DNA of 64,000 bases from Oscillospiraceae bacterium. GTDB lineage: Bacteria; Bacillota; Clostridia; Oscillospirales; CAG-272. A program made the translations under genes and the position numbers. The notes under the pieces were generated by a model, which saw only the letters and a list, made by a program, of their open reading frames with translations, had not been told where the DNA came from and ran no database searches. Numbering within the stretch: the first letter of the stretch is position 1; every line of letters starts with the position of its first letter. Positions 1-8,716 of this stretch are shown piece by piece. Location of the stretch: NCBI GenBank assembly GCA_015064095.1, contig SVSW01000001.1, positions 64,709 through 128,708 of the forward strand, written 5' to 3'.

Positions 1-215
1 TTTACGGCAACGCCGTATTTTTTTGTTGCCTCTGCCGACTCAACGGTGACTTTATCGCCCGTCTTTTCGCGGTATTCAAGTCCGAGATCGTAATACTCGG
101 TTTTGAGGTCGACATGCGGTAAAATGAGCTTATCCTTGATCATCTGCCAGATGATCCTTGTCATTTCGTCGCCGTCCATTTCGACAAGCGGCGTTTTCAT
201 TTGAATTTTTGCCAT
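1..215 (-). CDS. icd: NADP-type isocitrate dehydrogenase, N-terminal part only (gene runs off the left edge)
   Basis: This ORF is absent from the ORF track because it is truncated. The reverse-strand ATG at 213-215 reads [45 protein letters not shown], a conserved IDH N-terminus. A GGGGG RBS lies about 8 nt upstream. The ATG overlaps the aconitase stop (TAATG). Confidence 0.8.
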
Positions 216-2137
216 TATTTTGCCCCCTTCGTTGCGGCGAGCAGTCCGCCTGCCTTGATCATTTCCTTTTGTCTTTCGCTGAGATTTACGCAAAGTGCGA
301 TCTCATTCTTGCCGGATCTGAGCGTGAGCTTGCCCTCGGCAAGTCCCGCATCGATACCCGCGATCGAAAGCACGTCGCCCTCGGCGAGCTTGTCATAATC
401 GTCGGGATTTTCAAAGGTCAGCGGCAGAATACCCGCATTGACAAGGTTATCCGCATGAATTCTGGCAAAGGACTTTGCTATAACGGCTTTAATACCGAGA
501 TAAAGCGGAACGAGCGCTGCGTGCTCGCGCGAAGATCCCTGACCGTAGTTCGAGCCGCCGATAATTATTCCCTGTCCCTTCGCTTTTGCGCGCTCGGGGA
601 AGCCTTCATCGCATACCGCAAAGCAGAACTTCGAAAGGAACGGAATGTTTGATCTGTACGGCAGTATTTTTGCACCTGCCGGCATAATATGGTCTGTTGT
701 GATATTGTCACCGACCTTGAGAACGCACTCGCACTCAAGAGTTTCGGGCACGGGTGTGCCTATCGGGCAATCCTTGATATTGGGTCCCTTAACGGTCGCA
801 AGACTATCCGCTTCCTCAACTGTTGCGGGCTTTGTGATCATATTGTCATTTATAAGGAACTTTTCGGGCATTTTGAACTCGACGGCGTCACCAAGCTCGC
901 GCGGGTCTGCAAGATAGCCGCAGATGGCGGAATATGCCGCGACCTCGGGGCTGACGAGATAGACCTCGGCGTCCTTGGTACCGCTTCTGCCCGTGAAGTT
1001 TCTGTTGAACGTACGGAGCGAAACGCCGGCACTCTTGGGTGACTGACCCATACCGATGCAAGGTCCGCACGTGCATTCGAGCACACGCGCTCCGGCGGCG
1101 ATCATATCCGAAAGTGCTCCGCACTCGGCAAGCATATTATAAACCTGCTTCGAGCCGGGCGTGACCGTCATCGAAACGCTTTCCGAGATAGTCTTTCCTT
1201 TGAGAATATGCGCGACCTTGAGCATATCCGTAAACGACGAGTTGGTGCAAGAGCCAACGCAGACCTGATCGATCTTGATCTTGCCGATCTCGCCGACGCT
1301 CTTTACGTTATCGGGGCTGTGGGGGCAAGCTGCGGCGGGCTCGAGCTTTGACAGGTCAATATCAATGATCTCATCGTAAACTGCGTCCTCATCGGCTTTA
1401 AGCTCGACCCAAACGTCTTCTCTGCCCTGTGCGGCAAGAAAAGCCTTTGTGATCTCGTCAGACGGGAAAACAGAGGTCGTTGCTCCGAGCTCGGCTCCCA
1501 TGTTCGTGATGGTCGCACGCTCGGGAACCGTGAGAGTTTTAACGCCCTCGCCTCCGTACTCAACGATCTTGCCAACGCCGCCCTTAACGCTCATGATGCG
1601 AAGCACCTCAAGGATTATATCCTTTGCGGATACCCAAGGCGAGAGCTTACCGTGAAGGTTTATTCTGGTCATCTTGGGCATGATTATATGGTACGCACCG
1701 CCGCCCATCGCGACCGCGACATCAAGTCCGCCCGCGCCGAACGCAAGCATGCCGATACCGCCGCAGGTTGGCGTGTGGCTATCCGATCCTATAAGCGTTT
1801 TGCCCGGTGCGCCGAAGCGTTCAAGATGCACCTGATGGCAAATGCCGTTTCCGGGGCGAGAGAAATAAAGTCCGTATTTTTTTGCCGCAGTGCGGATAAA
1901 TTCGTGGTCGTCGGCGTTTTCAAAGCCCGACTGAAGTGTGTTATGGTCTATGTATGCCACCGAAAGCTCGGTTTTAACTCTCGGTATTCCCATCGCCTCA
2001 AATTCAAGATATGCAAGCGTGCCCGTTGCGTCCTGAGTTAAGGTCTGATCTATTCTGAGCGCAACGTCCTGACCGACGGTCATTTCCCCGTCAAGACGGT
2101 GTGCTGCTATTATTTTCTGTGCTATCGTCTGTCCCAT
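215..2137 (-). CDS. aconitate hydratase (short, ~640 aa type)
   Basis: ORF 215..2173 carries the aconitase motifs [14 protein letters not shown] and GSSREHAA. I moved the start to [10 protein letters not shown] (ATG 2135-2137), which has a GAGGA RBS and lies 1 nt after the citrate synthase stop. Confidence 0.85.
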
Positions 2138-2138
2138 T

Positions 2139-3518
2139 TCAGTTTTCCTCGTTTTCTCTGTTGCAAAGATCAATATATTCTCTGTGGTGGAAAAGCGGAC
2201 GGTATGCCGGACGCATTATGCGGCGGCAGGTCTGTATCTCCTCAAGACGGTGCGCGCACCAGCCCGACATTCTCGCAACGGCGAAAAGCGGCGTGTAAAG
2301 CTCGCGCGGTATCTCGAGCATACGGTAAACAAGACCCGAATACATATCGACATTAGCCGAAATACCCGTATTTCCTATCATTTTCTTATTAAGCAATGCA
2401 GGCGTCAAGCGTTCGATCGAGGAAAGGAGCGCAAAATCCTCGGTGTAGCCCTTGATCTTTGCCATTTTCTCCGCCTCTTCTTTTAGCACGACCGCACGGG
2501 GGTCGCTCTTTGTGTAAACCGCGTGGCCCATACCGTAAATAAGACCGCTTCTGTCGTTTGCCTCCTTTGCAAGTATCTTTGCAAGGTATGCCGTAAGCTC
2601 ATCGTCATCGCGAAGATCCCGAACGTTTGCCTTTATATTATCTATCATGTCGCAGACCTTGAGATTTGCGCCGCCGTGACGCGGTCCTTTAAGAGATCCG
2701 ATAGCTGCCGCCATAGCCGAATAAATATCCGTTCCCGACGAGGTGACGGCGCGGCTGACGAATGCGGAGTTGTTTCCGCCGCCGTGCTCTGCATGAAGTA
2801 TCATGCAACGGTCAAGCAGCATTGCCTCCTCGTGCGTGTATTTTCTGTCGGCACGCAGGGTCGAAAGAATGTTCTCGGCGATAGAAAGTCCTTCCTCCGG
2901 CATATGAAGATACATGCTCTTTCTGTCATAAGCACGCCTCTTTGCCTGATAAGACGCAACCATGATAACAGGCAATCTTGCTATCATTTGCATTGACTGG
3001 CGGAGCGAATTGACCTCCGAGGTATCGTCGGGATTTTCATCGTATCCGTAAAGTGAGATGACCGAGCGCGCGAGCATATTCATAATATCAGGGCTCGGAT
3101 TTCTCATGATCATATCGTCAATAAAATTATTCGGCATCATGCGGCACTCCTCTATCATTTTCTGATAGAGCGCGAGATCCTCGCGTGTCGGCAGCTCGCC
3201 GAAAAGCAGAAGCCATGAAGCCTCCTCATATCCGAAACGGTCCTCGCGGCGGCAAGCATTAACTATGTCGCGCACGTTTATTCCTCTGTAAAAAAGCTCA
3301 CCGTCAACGGGCACGCGCTCAAACTCATTGATGAGGTATCCGTGAACGTTGCTTATTCTCGTCAGACCCGCAACGATACCCGTTCCGTCTGCATTTCTAA
3401 GACCTCTTTTTGCATTACATTCCGTATAAAGTCTGGCATCGAATTCGCCGTCGGGATTATACCTCGCGGCAAGATTCTCAAATTCCTGCTTTATTGCACT
3501 GTTATCGTAGTTAACCAT
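2139..3518 (-). CDS. gltA: citrate synthase
   Basis: The 459-aa ORF has the citrate synthase signature GMGHAVYTKSDPRA and HAEHGGGNNS. It is the first gene of a three-gene oxidative TCA-branch operon. Confidence 0.85.
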   Translation of the reverse strand: MVNYDNSAIKQEFENLAARYNPDGEFDARLYTECNAKRGLRNADGTGIVAGLTRISNVHGYLINEFERVPVDGELFYRGINVRDIVNACRREDRFGYEEASWLLLFGELPTREDLALYQKMIEECRMMPNNFIDDMIMRNPSPDIMNMLARSVISLYGYDENPDDTSEVNSLRQSMQMIARLPVIMVASYQAKRRAYDRKSMYLHMPEEGLSIAENILSTLRADRKYTHEEAMLLDRCMILHAEHGGGNNSAFVSRAVTSSGTDIYSAMAAAIGSLKGPRHGGANLKVCDMIDNIKANVRDLRDDDELTAYLAKILAKEANDRSGLIYGMGHAVYTKSDPRAVVLKEEAEKMAKIKGYTEDFALLSSIERLTPALLNKKMIGNTGISANVDMYSGLVYRMLEIPRELYTPLFAVARMSGWCAHRLEEIQTCRRIMRPAYRPLFHHREYIDLCNRENEEN

Positions 3519-3776
3519 ATATCCTCCAAAACAGATGATTTTACATTATATCATATATAGCCCGATTTGTCAAGCATGGTTTTGGGATTTTTTGAAAGAT
3601 TATATACATTTTTATGCATTTTTTCACTGAAAAAGTGGTGTTCAATACCGATTTTTGCAATTTTTTGACCTTTCGTTTGCATTTTTTGAATTTCACGCCC
3701 AAAATTTAAAACTTTTGAATAAATAACTCTCCTGTGGCAAAAATATAGTCAAGGACAAATTCAAAAGGAGATAAAA

Positions 3777-4526
3777 ATGTCAGACAAATTCAAAAACTCA
3801 AAATTTTACAAGGCTATGCAAAACCCCAAGGTCAGCCGTGCGGTATACATCGGCACAGTTCTTACACTCGTGGCGGTTGCTATAGTGATCGGCGTCGTTG
3901 CCGCATCTAATCGCACGAAAAAGCCGACCGAAGACCCCGCCGGCACAACTAATCCCCCCTCGGTTACGAACACACCTTCGACAAGCGAAACGCCCACGAC
4001 GAGCGACACTCCGACCGAGGACACACCGAGCTCGACAACGAACCAAAGCGGTACCGTTTCAAAGCCTCTGCCCTCGTTCATTCTTCCGACCTCCGGTAAG
4101 GTCGACAAGCAGCACAACGCAGACACTCAGGTCTTCTCCGACACGATGAACGATTACAGAATCCACCTCGGTATTGATATCACAACCACCGAGGGCGCTC
4201 CCGTTTACGCTGCCGCAGAAGGCACGGTAAAGAAGATATGGAGCGATCCCCTTATGGGCTACTGCGTTGCAATAAGCCACGACGGTGACGCGGTTACGGT
4301 CTACAAAAACCTTGCAAAGGATCTTGCCGCCGGAATTACCGAGGGTGCTTCGGTCAAAGCAGGCCAGCAGATCGCGTCTGTCGGCAATTCCGCCATGGTC
4401 GAGGTCGCAGAAGAACCGCACCTCCACCTTGAAATGACAGTCGGCGGTCTTCTCGTTGACCCCCTGAAATATTTTTCCGCAAAGGACGTTGCCTCTCTCG
4501 GCGTCGATCAATCCTACGGAGAATAA
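3777..4526 (+). CDS. membrane-anchored M23 (LytM-type) peptidase with Pro/Thr/Ser-rich linker
   Basis: The protein has an N-terminal TM helix (VYIGTVLTLVAVAIVIGVVAA), a PT-rich linker, and an M23 core (HLGIDI ... APVYAAAEGTV ... HLHLEM). The RBS is AAGGAG. Confidence 0.8.
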   Translation: MSDKFKNSKFYKAMQNPKVSRAVYIGTVLTLVAVAIVIGVVAASNRTKKPTEDPAGTTNPPSVTNTPSTSETPTTSDTPTEDTPSSTTNQSGTVSKPLPSFILPTSGKVDKQHNADTQVFSDTMNDYRIHLGIDITTTEGAPVYAAAEGTVKKIWSDPLMGYCVAISHDGDAVTVYKNLAKDLAAGITEGASVKAGQQIASVGNSAMVEVAEEPHLHLEMTVGGLLVDPLKYFSAKDVASLGVDQSYGE

Positions 4527-4560
4527 AAGAGATCCCTGCATTTGCAGGGATCTCTTTTAT
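4527..4560. terminator. bidirectional intrinsic terminator
   Basis: A perfect hairpin AGAGATCCCTGCA/TGCAGGGATCTCT is flanked by A-run and T-run sequences. It sits between the convergent genes ending at 4526 and 4557. Confidence 0.75.
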
Positions 4561-6827
4561 TTATTGCTTTGTTTACGCAGCTCGCTGCGGCGGATCTTTC
4601 CGCTGACCGTCTTCGGCATCTCATCGAGGAACTCAACGATCCTCGGATATTTATAGGGTGCTGTATGTGATTTAACGTACTCCTGAATTTCTTTTTTCAG
4701 TGCGTCCGTTCCCTCTTTTCCCTTGACAAGAACAACGCTCGCCTTGACGACCTGACCGCGTACCGGATCGGGCGCGGCAGTAACGGCACATTCAAGCACA
4801 TAGGGCAGCTCCATGATAACGCTCTCGATCTCGAACGGTCCTATGCGATAGCCCGACGACTTGATAAGATCGTCCGTACGTCCGACATAGTGGAAATACC
4901 CGTCCTCATCGCGCCATGCGGTGTCGCCCGTATGATAATAACCTCCGTACCAAGCCTCGTCCGTGTGCTCTTTATCATTATAATATCCGATAAACAGACC
5001 CGGCGTTTTGCCAAGCTCTGTTTTGATGCAGATCTCACCGGTATCACCGTCCGCGACCTCATTGCCGTCACCGTCAATAAGATGAACGTCATAAAGCGGC
5101 GAGGGCTTGCCCATCGAGCCGGGCTTCGGCGTCATGCCGACGAAGTTTCCGACGATAACGGTCGATTCCGTCTGTCCGAATGCTTCCATAAGCGCAAGGC
5201 CGGTGGCACGCTTCCACTGCTCATAGACCTCCGGATTGAGCGCTTCTCCTGCGATAGTTGAATATTTGATCGAAGAAAGATCATATTTCGAAAGATCTTC
5301 CTTTATAAAGAATCTGTACATTGTCGGCGGTGCACAGAAGGTCGTTATACCGTATTTTGCGAACATCGGAAGGATATCGTCCGCATGGAAGCGGTCGAAA
5401 TCGTATACGAAAAGTCCGCCCTCGCAGAACCACTGCCCGTAAAGCTTACCCCACATTGCCTTTGCCCAGCCGGTATCGGAGATCGTCAGATGCAGGCCGT
5501 TCGGGTCAACATTGTGCCAAAAATGCGCCGTCGGATAGTGCCCGAGCGGATATTTGTGTGAGTGAACGGCGATCTTCGGATAACCCGTTGTGCCCGAGGT
5601 AAAATACATCAAAAGAGGATCGTCCCCACCGACAGGTACGCGCTCGAGCTTTGAGCGGAACATCGGCAGCTCGGCATCAAAATCGTGCCAACCCTCGCGC
5701 GAGCCGTTGACTATTATTTTCGTCTTGACCGTGGGTGATTTTTCGAGTGCAAGCTCGATCTGATGTGCCACGTCGCCGTCCGCGGTCGCAACGACGGCCG
5801 AAACGCCTGCGGCGTTAAAGCGATACTCAAAATCGTGTTCAACGAGCTGATTCGTTGCGGGGATCGCTATCGCGCCGAGCTTGTTGAGCGCCATCATTGA
5901 GAACCAGAACTGATAGTGGCGCTTGAGAACGAGCAGAACGCGATCGCCCTTGCCTATGCCGAGCGAACGGAAATAGTTAGCCGTTCTGTTCGATTCGCGG
6001 CTTATATCGTCAAATGTAAATCGGCGCTCCTTTTTATCGCTCGAAATATGAAGCAGCGCGAGCTTTTCGGGCTTCTTTTTGGCTATCTCGTCGACAACAT
6101 CATACGCAAAATTAAAGTTATCGATATTTTTAAAGCCGATTCCGTTGAAAATGCCGTTTTCGTCCGTCTTTGTTTCGATGAACTTCTCTGCAACGGGTGC
6201 GATCGGCGCAACTGCTGCCGGCTTTATCGAATGGTCAAAGACAGATCGCTCATCGCCCTTAACAACGATCGCATAAAACTCGCAATCATCGCCGCCCGTG
6301 GCGATCATGCCGTGAGGCTCGGAGCTGTTGTAAAGCGCGGTATCTCCGGGGCGGAGTATCTCCGTAATACCTCCGACGACGAGCTTGAGCGCGCCCTTTA
6401 CGACTATATCTATCTCCTGACCTGCGTGAGTTGAGAGCTTGATCGGGTTTCTCTGCTCCTCCTCGCTGTATGCCGCACGAACAAGGAACGGCTCGGCGAT
6501 CTTGTCACGGAAAAGAGGGGCAAGGCTGGTGTAATCGAACTCCGAACGGCGATCGACCAACGTTCCGTTTCCTGCGCGAACGACCGATAGCGTGCGAAGA
6601 TTAGGGCTCTTACCCTCGATAATATCGCTGACGTCAACACCGAAGCGCAGAGCGCATTTATGTATAAATGAAATACTGAGGTCGACCTCTCCCGCCTCGC
6701 AGGCAAGATACCTCTCGGTGGTCAGACCCGTTTCGACCGCCATCTGCTCGGGCGTGATGTCGAGTATCTCGCGCATATCCCTTATTCTTTCGGGTATTTG
6801 GCGAATTTTACTGCTGTTTAAATCCAT
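4557..6827 (-). CDS. fusion protein: N-terminal XRE-type HTH + cupin domain, C-terminal AMP-forming acyl-CoA synthetase (medium-chain/ACSM-like), copy 1
   Basis: ORF 4557..6851. I set the start at MDLNSSKIRQ (ATG 6825-6827), which has a GGAAGGAG RBS. The N-terminus has an HTH (ITPEQMAVETGLTTERYLACEAGE) and a cupin (GQEIDIVVKGALKLVV..PGDTALYNSSEPHG). The C-terminus has the adenylate-forming motifs YFTSGTTGYPK, GQTE, YHTGD, GRTDDLIKSSGYRIGPFEIE and SGKIRR. Confidence 0.85.
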   Translation of the reverse strand: MDLNSSKIRQIPERIRDMREILDITPEQMAVETGLTTERYLACEAGEVDLSISFIHKCALRFGVDVSDIIEGKSPNLRTLSVVRAGNGTLVDRRSEFDYTSLAPLFRDKIAEPFLVRAAYSEEEQRNPIKLSTHAGQEIDIVVKGALKLVVGGITEILRPGDTALYNSSEPHGMIATGGDDCEFYAIVVKGDERSVFDHSIKPAAVAPIAPVAEKFIETKTDENGIFNGIGFKNIDNFNFAYDVVDEIAKKKPEKLALLHISSDKKERRFTFDDISRESNRTANYFRSLGIGKGDRVLLVLKRHYQFWFSMMALNKLGAIAIPATNQLVEHDFEYRFNAAGVSAVVATADGDVAHQIELALEKSPTVKTKIIVNGSREGWHDFDAELPMFRSKLERVPVGGDDPLLMYFTSGTTGYPKIAVHSHKYPLGHYPTAHFWHNVDPNGLHLTISDTGWAKAMWGKLYGQWFCEGGLFVYDFDRFHADDILPMFAKYGITTFCAPPTMYRFFIKEDLSKYDLSSIKYSTIAGEALNPEVYEQWKRATGLALMEAFGQTESTVIVGNFVGMTPKPGSMGKPSPLYDVHLIDGDGNEVADGDTGEICIKTELGKTPGLFIGYYNDKEHTDEAWYGGYYHTGDTAWRDEDGYFHYVGRTDDLIKSSGYRIGPFEIESVIMELPYVLECAVTAAPDPVRGQVVKASVVLVKGKEGTDALKKEIQEYVKSHTAPYKYPRIVEFLDEMPKTVSGKIRRSELRKQSNK

Positions 6828-7086
6828 TTTTTTACTCCTTCCGGAAAACAAAAAATCTCAAGGAAGATCCTTGAGACGGAAAATATCCGCGGTACCACTC
6901 AAATTGCACAAAGTGCCACTCATACTCTAATAAGTATTTAACCTTAACGCGGCATACGGACGAACCTACTTATTTTCAGCCCGCCGACTCAAAAGCGACA
7001 GCCCCCGGATTACTCCCTACGCGCTTACACCGACCGCGCGCTCTCTTTGAGGTTTTTACCCGTGACCTTCTTTATCACAGTCATTG
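6828..7086 (-). promoter_or_regulatory. T-box riboswitch leader (probable Val/GUC specifier) with intrinsic terminator
   Basis: Read on the minus strand, the leader contains, in order:
- K-turn UGAC-UGU-GA-UAAAG / CUUUU-GA-GUCG
- AG bulge AGAGA and distal loop CGGUCGGUGUAAG
- F-box-like GCGUUA
- T-box core AAUUUGAGUGGUACCGCGG (6887-6905)
- terminator UCUCAAGGA-ucu-UCCUUGAGA-U6 (6850-6877)

UUGAG in the T-box can pair with CUCAA in the terminator arm, which would form the antiterminator. Confidence 0.8.
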
Positions 7087-7092
7087 GAATTG

Positions 7093-7121
7093 AGTATATC
7101 ACATTTTTTTACTCTTGTCAA
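7093..7121 (-). promoter_or_regulatory. sigma-A-type promoter for the T-box leader / copy-1 gene
   Basis: The minus strand reads TTGACA (7116-7121), a 17-nt spacer, then TATACT (7093-7098). Confidence 0.6.
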
Positions 7122-7130
7122 GAATTTTCG

Positions 7131-7159
7131 CAAAAAAATAAGACCCGAGAGATCGGATC
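7131..7159 (-). terminator. intrinsic terminator of cca
   Basis: The minus strand reads GATCCGA-tctc-TCGGGTC followed by TTATTTTTTT, directly after the cca TAG stop at 7160-7162. Confidence 0.6.
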
Positions 7160-8482
7160 CTATTTTAATTTAATTGCAGCATCGATAAGCGCCGCTTTTT
7201 CGTTAGGCAATTCCCCGTCAAGCACGCGCGCAAGCAGAGTGTCAAGACAGCGCCCAAGCTCCCTGCCCGAAAAACCGAGCGCGATCAGATCGTCGCCGCG
7301 CACGGCAAGGGTCCTGAGTGAGATCCTTTCCTCTTTCAAAAGAAGCTCGCGCACTATTTCTTCCGCCTTTTTTATCTCCGTATCATCTTGATATCGGGGT
7401 GCGCAGGAATGCCGATCGGCATACGCTATCGCGAATGCGCGCTGCATTTCTTTTTCCGTATGCTCGCTTACGAATCTGCGCGCGGATCTCTCCGACACGC
7501 CGATCGGGGTCATATGCTCCGCGACGAGCCGTTTTACTTTTTTTCTCGTGTCATTATCAAATTTCAGCCTTTTCATGACCGCGTCCGCGATCGCCTCACT
7601 GCGCTCCGCGTGACCGTAAAAATGTCCGCTCTTGCCGTCAAAGGTATAGCTTTCGGGCTTGCCGATATCGTGAAAGAACGCGGAAAGGCGCAAAATTTTA
7701 TCGTTCGCATCGCAATTCCCCATCATTGCAAGCGTGTGCTCAAACACGTCAAGGTTGTGGTATTTCGTTCTCTGATCGAAACCGACCATCGGTAAGATCT
7801 CGGGTATAAAAACACCGATAACCTCGTAATATTCTCTCAGTATATCGGCAAAATTTTTGCCGCATATCAGCTTTATAAACTCCTCGCGCAGCCTCTCTGC
7901 CGAAATGTTCCGAAGAAGCTCGCGGTTGCGTTTGACGGACGAGGCGGTATCGGGGTCAAGTGAAAACCCGAGCACCGAGGCAAAGCGCAAGGCGCGCATT
8001 ATCCGAAGACCGTCCTCGGAAAAACGGGCATCGGGATCGCCGACACAGCGTATTATCCCCTTTTCGATGTCCTCGCGCCCGCCGAAAGGATCAACGAGCG
8101 TGCCGTGCTCATCGCAGGCAATCGCGTTCACCGTGAAGTCACGGCGCGACAGATCGTCGCGCAGATCGGGAGTAAACGTTACCTGACGGGGGTGGCGGTT
8201 GTCGTCATATTCGCCGTCGCGTCGATATGTGGTGATCTCAACGGGCAGATCATCGATAACGACTGTGACAGTACCGTGCTTCATACCCGTCGGTATGACG
8301 CGGAGATCCGAAAAGCATTTCGCGGTTTCTTTTGGCAAAGCATTCGTCGTCATATCGTAATCGTGCGGCGTGACGCCCATTAGCATATCCCGCACGCAGC
8401 CGCCGACAAGGTACACCTCGTATCCGTGCCGGCGCATACGGTCAAATATGAAATTGATATACGGCGGTACAGTCGTTTGCAT
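7160..8482 (-). CDS. cca: CCA-adding tRNA nucleotidyltransferase with HD domain
   Basis: The 440-aa ORF has the N-terminal polymerase-beta motif YLVGGCVRDMLMG..DYDMTT and a C-terminal HD domain (FFHDIGKP). Confidence 0.85.
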   Translation of the reverse strand: MQTTVPPYINFIFDRMRRHGYEVYLVGGCVRDMLMGVTPHDYDMTTNALPKETAKCFSDLRVIPTGMKHGTVTVVIDDLPVEITTYRRDGEYDDNRHPRQVTFTPDLRDDLSRRDFTVNAIACDEHGTLVDPFGGREDIEKGIIRCVGDPDARFSEDGLRIMRALRFASVLGFSLDPDTASSVKRNRELLRNISAERLREEFIKLICGKNFADILREYYEVIGVFIPEILPMVGFDQRTKYHNLDVFEHTLAMMGNCDANDKILRLSAFFHDIGKPESYTFDGKSGHFYGHAERSEAIADAVMKRLKFDNDTRKKVKRLVAEHMTPIGVSERSARRFVSEHTEKEMQRAFAIAYADRHSCAPRYQDDTEIKKAEEIVRELLLKEERISLRTLAVRGDDLIALGFSGRELGRCLDTLLARVLDGELPNEKAALIDAAIKLK

Positions 8483-8513
8483 CTCGGAGCTCCCTTCCTT
8501 TGAACTAAACCTT

Positions 8514-8542
8514 ATTATACCACATATCCGCGCGATTGTAAA
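8514..8542 (-). promoter_or_regulatory. candidate promoter of cca
   Basis: The minus strand reads TTTACA (8537-8542), a 17-nt spacer, then TATAAT (8514-8519). Confidence 0.45.
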
Positions 8543-8716
8543 GAGCGGTAATGCTTAAAAAAGCCACGGCAAAAGCGACGTGCTCTTGAGGACAGTTTTG
8601 AAAACATTACCGCCCGACAAAAAGGGGCTGCGCCAATGACAAGCCCCCTGAAATTTTGATATATCGATATTTCGGTCTACGGTGTACCAAATAAATGAAG
8701 TATTTAAGTTTTTTCT

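Noticed and set aside
215-2173. Longer N-terminal extensions offered by the ORF track for aconitase, and also for 4557-6851, 11673-12818, 18552-18989, 25683-27062, 32640-33638, 34607-36982, 45529-48354 and 61395-62321.
   Set aside because: In each case an internal ATG has a proper GGAGG-type RBS and gives the conserved family N-terminus or signal peptide. The upstream extension instead runs through a terminator, riboswitch, promoter or the preceding gene.
3898-4060. The Pro/Thr/Ser-rich segment of the M23 peptidase, considered as a possible tandem DNA repeat or collagen-like element.
   Set aside because: The nucleotide sequence is compositionally biased but not periodically repeated. It behaves as an ordinary low-complexity linker between the membrane anchor and the catalytic domain.
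6997-7003. An alternative reading of the specifier codons as alanine: GCU in leader 1 (7000-7002) and GCC after a GAA in leader 2 (37083-37085).
   Set aside because: The GAA-GCC-A string in leader 2 resembles the canonical GAA-NNN-A pattern. However, once the K-turn strands are paired (UAAAG/CUUUU and AAAAG/CUUUG), the triplet that directly precedes the purine and the helix is GUC in leader 1 and AUC in leader 2. Leader 1 also has no GAA before GCU. I keep alanine as the less likely alternative until a covariance-model alignment is run.
7160-8482. The possibility that the T-box at 6828-7086 belongs to cca, or that cca reads through into it.
   Set aside because: The leader lies downstream of the cca stop on the same strand. 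cca is followed by its own hairpin and T-run terminator (7131-7159). The leader has its own -35/-10 promoter, and its terminator sits just before the RBS of the synthetase gene.
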